From: Clostridia bacterium
Lineage (GTDB): Bacteria; Bacillota; Clostridia; TANB77; CAG-465
Direction of reading: 5' to 3'
NCBI GenBank assembly: GCA_045637095.1
Contig: JAZTYX010000045.1
Coordinates: forward strand, 1-59,603
DNA: 59,603 bases
Positions 54,472 through 59,603 of the stretch are shown here, piece by piece (the stretch's first letter is position 1; the number at the start of each line of letters is the position of its first letter). The notes beneath the pieces are model-generated. The model did no database searches. It saw only the letters and a program-made list of their open reading frames with translations, and was not told the origin of the DNA. The translations under genes were made by a program, and so were the position numbers.

Positions 54472-54918
54472 ATGAAAGTAGTATTAAATGAAAATGTAAA
54501 AGGATTAGGTAAGAAATTAGACATAGTAAATGTAAGCGAAGGATATGCAAGAAACTTTTTGTTTCCTAAAAAGTTAGCTACACCAGCAGACAACAAATCT
54601 GTTTCTGAAGCAACAACTAAAAAATCAGCGATACAATTCAAGAAAGACACAGACAGAGAAAATGCACAAGAATTAAAAGCTAAAATAGAAGAAATCATTG
54701 TAGATTTCAAAGTTAAAACAGCAGATAACGGTAAATTATTTGGAAGTGTAACTTCTAAAGAAATAAGTGATGAACTAAAGAAAACAAGTGGTATAGATGT
54801 AGATAAAAAGAAAATTACATTAGATGACAGTATTAAAACAACTGGCGTGTATACTGCTAAAGTGAAATTATACGAAGGAGTAATAGCAAACCTAAAGGTA
54901 AGAGTAAGTAATATTTAG
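54472..54918 (+). CDS. rplI: 50S ribosomal protein L9
   Basis: MKVVLNENVKGLGKK...VNVSEGYARNFLFPKKLA typical L9. Confidence 0.95.
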   Translation: MKVVLNENVKGLGKKLDIVNVSEGYARNFLFPKKLATPADNKSVSEATTKKSAIQFKKDTDRENAQELKAKIEEIIVDFKVKTADNGKLFGSVTSKEISDELKKTSGIDVDKKKITLDDSIKTTGVYTAKVKLYEGVIANLKVRVSNI

Positions 54919-54928
54919 GAGGTATCAC

Positions 54929-56260
54929 ATGGAAAAAGAGGCTGTGACAAGTAAAATATCACCTAGTGATGTTTATGCTGAACAGGCTGTACTAGGCTCA
55001 ATGCTTGTAGACAAAGATGCAATAGCTAAAGCAATTGAGGTGTTAAAACCAGGGGATTTCTATAGAGATGACCATAAAGAAATATTCTCAGCAATGCTAG
55101 ATATTTATAGAAAAGGTGATCCAATAGATATTTTAACAGTAAGAGAAGCATTAAAGCTTAGAAACTCTATTGAAAAAGTAGGAGGAGATGTATATCTATC
55201 TTCATTAGTAGATATGGTTCCAACTACTTCAAACATAGATTCTTATGTTAAAATTGTTGAAGAAAAAGCAACACTTCGTTCTTTAATAAAAGCAGCCAAT
55301 GACATTATTTCATACGGTTATGCCGAAACCGAAGAAGTAGATGAAATAATAGATATGGCAGAAAAGAAAATCTTTGATGTTTTGCAAAGTAGAGCAGCAA
55401 AAGGCTATGCGAGTATTAAAGATATATTAGTAGATACTTTCGAGAACATAGAGAAACTATACAATAGCAAATCTAATGTATCTGGTATGGAAAGTGGATT
55501 TAAAGACTTAGACTTAAAAACATCTGGACTTAACAATTCAGACTTAATAATTGTTGCAGCAAGACCTGCCATGGGTAAATCTGCATTCGCACTTAACATT
55601 GCAACAGCAGTTGCTAAAGCAAATGTGCCAGTGTTAATATTCAGTCTCGAAATGTCTAAAGAACAAATGGTAAACAGAATACTATGTTCTGAAGCACAAG
55701 TAGATAGTATGAAAGTTAGAACTGGTAAACTAGATGCAGATGACTGGGTAAAGCTAGGTAAAGCAAGTGGAGATTTATCTGAAACTCCAATATATATAGA
55801 AGACACACCAGGTTTATCTTCGGCAGAACTTAGAGCAAAATGTAGAAAAGCGAAACTAGAAAAAGGTATTGGACTAGTTGTAATAGACTATCTTCAACTT
55901 ATGGAATCTAAAGGTAAAGGCGAAAGCCGTCAACAAGAAATATCTGAAATCAGTAGAGGACTTAAGGTTCTTGCAAAGGAAATAGATGTTCCGGTTATAG
56001 CACTATCACAATTATCTCGTGCTGCGGAACAAAGACCAGACCATAGACCAATGCTAAGTGACCTTCGTGAATCTGGATCAATAGAGCAAGACGCGGATAT
56101 AGTTATGTTCTTATACAGAGACGACTATTACAATCCAGAAACAGAAAAGAAAAACATAGCAGAAGTAATTGTGGCTAAGAATAGACAAGGTTCAACTGGT
56201 ACAGTAGAACTTGCGTGGTTACCAAATTACACTAAGTTTGCAAATTTATATAATGGCTAA
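54929..56260 (+). CDS. dnaB: Replicative DNA helicase (DnaB family)
   Basis: AEQAVLGSML N-domain. Walker A AARPAMGKSAFALN. VVIDYLQLM. SQLSRAAEQR. Arg finger region. Confidence 0.95.
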   Translation: MEKEAVTSKISPSDVYAEQAVLGSMLVDKDAIAKAIEVLKPGDFYRDDHKEIFSAMLDIYRKGDPIDILTVREALKLRNSIEKVGGDVYLSSLVDMVPTTSNIDSYVKIVEEKATLRSLIKAANDIISYGYAETEEVDEIIDMAEKKIFDVLQSRAAKGYASIKDILVDTFENIEKLYNSKSNVSGMESGFKDLDLKTSGLNNSDLIIVAARPAMGKSAFALNIATAVAKANVPVLIFSLEMSKEQMVNRILCSEAQVDSMKVRTGKLDADDWVKLGKASGDLSETPIYIEDTPGLSSAELRAKCRKAKLEKGIGLVVIDYLQLMESKGKGESRQQEISEISRGLKVLAKEIDVPVIALSQLSRAAEQRPDHRPMLSDLRESGSIEQDADIVMFLYRDDYYNPETEKKNIAEVIVAKNRQGSTGTVELAWLPNYTKFANLYNG

Positions 56261-56277
56261 ATTAAACAGGGAGAACA

Positions 56278-57288
56278 ATGAATAAATTATTAGAACAAGT
56301 AAAAAATAATATATATACATATGGTCTAATAGAAGATGAAGACACAATTGTAATTGGTCTTTCAGGAGGACCGGATTCAATATTTCTTCTTCACGCATTA
56401 AGCGTACTTAAACCTGTAATAGAAAAAGAAAAAGAAATAACATATAGACTACATGCAGCACACATAAATCACAAAATACGTGAAGAAGCAGGATATGATG
56501 AAAATCTTGCGATGGAATATGCAACAGCACTTGGAGTACCGTTTCACGTACTTGCGGTAGATGTGGAAGCTGAAGCTAAGAGACTAAAAATTGGAACAGA
56601 AGAATGTGGTAGAAATGTTAGATACAATTTCTTTAACAAGGTTAAAGAGGAACTTAAAGCAACAAAAATTGCAGTAGCGCATAACGCTGGAGATAACGCA
56701 GAAACAATAATGTTAAACTTCTTAAGAGGCGCGGGACTTCAAGGGTTAAGTGGTATGGAATATGTTAATGCAGATATAATTAGACCAATATTAGATATAG
56801 ACAAAAAAGATATATTAGAATATTTGGATGAAAATAAAATACCTTATGCAATAGATAAAACAAATCTAGAAAACGATTATACAAGAAACAAAGTTCGTAA
56901 CAATTTGCTAAAAAAAATAGAGCAAGAATTTAATCCAAATATAATAACAGCATTAAATAGAATGGCAAAAATAAACAAACAAGATAACGAAATAATATTA
57001 AATGCAGTAAAAGATGCATATAATAATCTTGGAGCAAAAAAAGAAACAAATCAAATAACAATAGATGCAAGAAAGTTTAATGAGCACTCGGATGCTATGA
57101 AATTTAGACTTGTAAGACAAATTGTTATGGATTTAACAGGTAATGTTCAAAATCTAGAAATGATACACGTTAAAGATACGTGTAAGTTAATAGAAGCAAA
57201 CGTTACTGGCAAACAATACATACTTGGAAATAAATATAAACTTGTAATTGTTAAGAAGAATACAGCTGTATTTATGAAGAATGTGTAA
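56278..57288 (+). CDS. tilS: tRNA(Ile)-lysidine synthase (short form)
   Basis: PP-loop GLSGGPDS. AHNAGDNAETIMLNFLRG. Confidence 0.85.
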   Translation: MNKLLEQVKNNIYTYGLIEDEDTIVIGLSGGPDSIFLLHALSVLKPVIEKEKEITYRLHAAHINHKIREEAGYDENLAMEYATALGVPFHVLAVDVEAEAKRLKIGTEECGRNVRYNFFNKVKEELKATKIAVAHNAGDNAETIMLNFLRGAGLQGLSGMEYVNADIIRPILDIDKKDILEYLDENKIPYAIDKTNLENDYTRNKVRNNLLKKIEQEFNPNIITALNRMAKINKQDNEIILNAVKDAYNNLGAKKETNQITIDARKFNEHSDAMKFRLVRQIVMDLTGNVQNLEMIHVKDTCKLIEANVTGKQYILGNKYKLVIVKKNTAVFMKNV

Positions 57289-57357
57289 AACCACACATAA
57301 TCATTGAACAAATATACCAAATATGTTAGACTAATGAGACAAAATAGGAGGAATAAA

Positions 57358-59256
57358 TTGAAAAAGACAGGATTTTTCAAAGGGGTAATGAATTATTTAT
57401 TACTAATATTTGTAGTAGTAATGCTAATCTCTGGACAAAAAGAAAATGAAGCAAAGAAAATAGATTATTCTGAACTTATGACTAAAATAGAAGAACAAAA
57501 AGTAGAATCTATTGAAATGTCATATGACAGAACATCGGCAGTAGTTATATATAAAAACGATACTACAAAGAGAAATGTAACTTTAGTATCTGCTACAGCA
57601 TTTATGGAATCAGTGGAAGATAGAATTAAAGCAGGAGAATTTGAGCTAACAGTTAAAGAACAATCTGGAATGTCAGTAATAGGTGGAATGTTACCAAATT
57701 TAATACTAATAGGTCTAGCTGGATTCTTGCTATTCTTCATGATGAAACAAATGGGTGGCGGAAATAACAGCACATTAAATTTTGGAAAGAATAGAGCAAA
57801 ATTAACAAATCCAAATGCTAAAAAAGTAACATTTGAGAATGTAGCAGGACTTAAAGAAGAAAAAGAAGAACTAGTAGAAATAGTAGATTTCTTAAAAGAA
57901 CCTAAAAAGTTTAAAGAAATGGGAGCAAGAATACCAAAGGGAATACTTCTAGTAGGTGGACCTGGTACTGGTAAAACATTACTTGCTAAAGCAGTAGCTG
58001 GAGAAGCTGGAGTGCCATTCTTCTCAATAAGTGGATCAGACTTCGTAGAAATGTTTGTTGGTGTTGGTGCATCACGTGTAAGAGATTTATTTGAAGAAGC
58101 TAAAAAGGTAAATCCTTGTATAGTATTCATAGATGAAATAGATGCTGTAGGACGTCAAAGAGGAGCAGGTTTAGGCGGAGGACATGATGAAAGAGAACAA
58201 ACACTTAACCAACTTCTAGTTGAAATGGATGGTTTCGGAACAAACGAAAACATTATAGTAATGGCTGCAACAAACAGACCAGACATATTGGACCCAGCGC
58301 TTTTAAGACCAGGACGTTTCGATAGACAAGTAGTGGTTGGAGAACCAGACGTTGCTGCAAGAGAAGAAATATTAAAGCTACATGCAAAAGGCAAACCTTT
58401 TGTAGAAAGCGTAGACTTTAAGGTAATAGCAAAAAATACAGCTGGATTCTCAGGAGCAGATCTAGAGAATATGGTAAACGAATCCGCGCTTCTAGCTGCG
58501 AGAAAGAATAAAAAACAAATAGATATGATAGATGTAGAAGAAGCATTAGTAAAAGTAATGATGGGACCAGAAAAACGTAGTAAAGTAATATCTGAAAGAG
58601 ATAAGAAACTTACTGCATACCATGAAGCGGGGCATGCTATAGTATCTAGATTCTTAAAGAATCATGATACAGTACATCAAATATCTATCATACCAAGAGG
58701 TATGGCTGGCGGATACACAATGTATAAACCAAACGAAGATAAATCATATGCGTCAAAACTAGAAATGGAAGAACATATAGTATCCCTATTAGGTGGTAGA
58801 GTAGCAGAAAAACTTGTGTTAAACGATATAAGCACAGGAGCTTCAAACGATATAGAAAGAGCTTCAAAAATTGCTAGAAATATGGTAATGCGTTATGGTA
58901 TGAGCGATAAGCTAGGACCAATAACATTTGGAGCAAGCCAAGAAGAAGTATTCTTAGGAAGAGACTTCGGAAGTCAAAGAAACTACAGTGAAAAAGTAGC
59001 TGCAGAAATAGATGAAGAAGTTAAGAGAATAATAACAACTGGCTATGATACGGCTGAACAATTACTAACAGAAAACATGGATAAACTTCATACAACAGCA
59101 AAACTTCTATTAGAAAAAGAAAAGATAGATGCAGAAGAATTTGAAGAAATCTTTACTGGTAAAAAAGAAAAAATAGAAGAACCAAAAGTAGAAGAGTCAA
59201 AACAAGAAGTAGTAGAAGAGAAAAAAGAAGAAACTACTACAGAAGAAAATAAATAA
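57358..59256 (+). CDS. ftsH: ATP-dependent zinc metalloprotease FtsH (TTG start)
   Basis: RBS aggagg 6 nt before the TTG at 57358. Walker [14 protein letters not shown], Walker [30 protein letters not shown], zinc motif HEAGHA. Confidence 0.95.
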   Translation: MKKTGFFKGVMNYLLLIFVVVMLISGQKENEAKKIDYSELMTKIEEQKVESIEMSYDRTSAVVIYKNDTTKRNVTLVSATAFMESVEDRIKAGEFELTVKEQSGMSVIGGMLPNLILIGLAGFLLFFMMKQMGGGNNSTLNFGKNRAKLTNPNAKKVTFENVAGLKEEKEELVEIVDFLKEPKKFKEMGARIPKGILLVGGPGTGKTLLAKAVAGEAGVPFFSISGSDFVEMFVGVGASRVRDLFEEAKKVNPCIVFIDEIDAVGRQRGAGLGGGHDEREQTLNQLLVEMDGFGTNENIIVMAATNRPDILDPALLRPGRFDRQVVVGEPDVAAREEILKLHAKGKPFVESVDFKVIAKNTAGFSGADLENMVNESALLAARKNKKQIDMIDVEEALVKVMMGPEKRSKVISERDKKLTAYHEAGHAIVSRFLKNHDTVHQISIIPRGMAGGYTMYKPNEDKSYASKLEMEEHIVSLLGGRVAEKLVLNDISTGASNDIERASKIARNMVMRYGMSDKLGPITFGASQEEVFLGRDFGSQRNYSEKVAAEIDEEVKRIITTGYDTAEQLLTENMDKLHTTAKLLLEKEKIDAEEFEEIFTGKKEKIEEPKVEESKQEVVEEKKEETTTEENK

Positions 59257-59261
59257 TATAA

Positions 59262-59289
59262 AAGGATAACCGAAAGGTTATCTTTTTTT
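59262..59289 (+). terminator. Terminator after ftsH
   Basis: gataacc-gaaa-ggttatc followed by TTTTTTT. Confidence 0.75.
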
Positions 59290-59310
59290 ATGCAAAAATA
59301 CTACCATAAA

Positions 59311-59356
59311 TTTACATATATAAAATCAATGTCGAATTTTGTCACATTTTGTCAAA
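59311..59356 (+). promoter_or_regulatory. TTTACATATA block followed by three 0A-box-like heptamers at exact 10-nt spacing (TGTCGAA 59330, TGTCACA 59340, TGTCAAA 59350)
   Basis: Read directly: aaTGTCGAAtttTGTCACAtttTGTCAAAcaa. The first heptamer equals the Spo0A-box consensus. Confidence 0.45.
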
Positions 59357-59444
59357 CAAATAAAAATAATCCCAACAAACAAATCCAATTTCACTAACAA
59401 CCTAAATGATAATTTTAAGTCATAAGAGGTTGGAGGTGAATACT

Positions 59445-59486
59445 ATGAGCTTTTGGGAGTGGATATCATATATGTTTAGATTTTAA
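59445..59486 (+). CDS. 13-codon ORF MSFWEWISYMFRF (candidate leader/regulatory peptide)
   Basis: Strong RBS ggaggtg 7 nt upstream of the ATG. Aromatic and hydrophobic. No homology assessment possible. Confidence 0.25.
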   Translation: MSFWEWISYMFRF

Positions 59487-59512
59487 TATTGTGTTAAATG
59501 TTTAATATCTTG

Positions 59513-59559
59513 AAAATCCCTCTTGTTTTTTGTATAATAATGGCAAAAAGGGGGATTTT
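59513..59559 (+). promoter_or_regulatory. Hairpin sequestering the RBS of the ORF starting at 59560
   Basis: 59513-59524 (aaaatccctctt) pairs with 59548-59559 (aagggggatttt): 12 bp including one G-U. The 3' arm contains the Shine-Dalgarno immediately before the ATG. The loop also holds a TTGAAA-17-TATAAT promoter-like match (59510-59538). Confidence 0.35.
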
Positions 59560-59603
59560 ATGTTTGCTAAATTCTTTGTTATAGAAAATATTACCTTTTT
59601 TAT
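59560..59603 (+). CDS. 5' end of an ORF running off the window (MFAKFFVIENITFF...)
   Basis: ATG preceded by aagggggat. Only 14 codons visible. IENITF resembles the first strand of ABC ATPases but is not diagnostic. Confidence 0.3.
   Translation, partial: MFAKFFVIENITFF

Noticed and set aside
56278-59256. Absence of hpt between tilS and ftsH, and a short (336-aa) TilS
   Set aside because: This is a common lineage-specific variation of the tilS-hpt-ftsH block. The TilS PP-loop domain is intact.

Overview
AT-rich Firmicutes (Clostridia/Tissierellia-like) chromosome. The rpsF-ssb-rpsR ... gdpP-rplI-dnaB-tilS-ftsH block suggests an origin-proximal region. Confident housekeeping calls are pflB/pflA, metG, lepB, holB, yaaT-like, ferredoxin, ppdK, ruvA, ftsE, mecA-like, acpS and four tRNAs (Thr-Glu-Lys, Pro). 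Between them lie accessory segments. (1) An OLD-family nuclease fragment plus an HTH-Fic gene at the left edge. (2) A tightly packed six-gene minus-strand operon (3726-8229) with clearly non-host codon usage. It encodes two class-I methyltransferases, a TrxR-like flavoenzyme without CxxC, a SPOUT methyltransferase, an HFCD-flavoprotein/class-II-aldolase fusion and a SLOG/LOG-like protein. I cannot match it to any pathway I know, and it is my best candidate for an undescribed system. (3) Four DUF3137-like membrane paralogues in two tandem pairs around pflBA. (4) A T4SS-like module (coupling ATPase plus VirB2/VirB6/VirB3-like proteins) without VirB4 or relaxase. (5) An FtsX-coiled-coil-M23 peptidase fusion. 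(6) A Tad/Flp-like pilus module with no ATPase in view. (7) An AAA-CYTH gene inserted in the rpsR/gdpP block. (8) Perfect Spo0A-box (TGTCGAA) arrays upstream of three accessory units. (9) A 13-codon ORF plus an RBS-sequestering hairpin at the right edge. All protein calls rest on motif recognition by eye; no searches were run.
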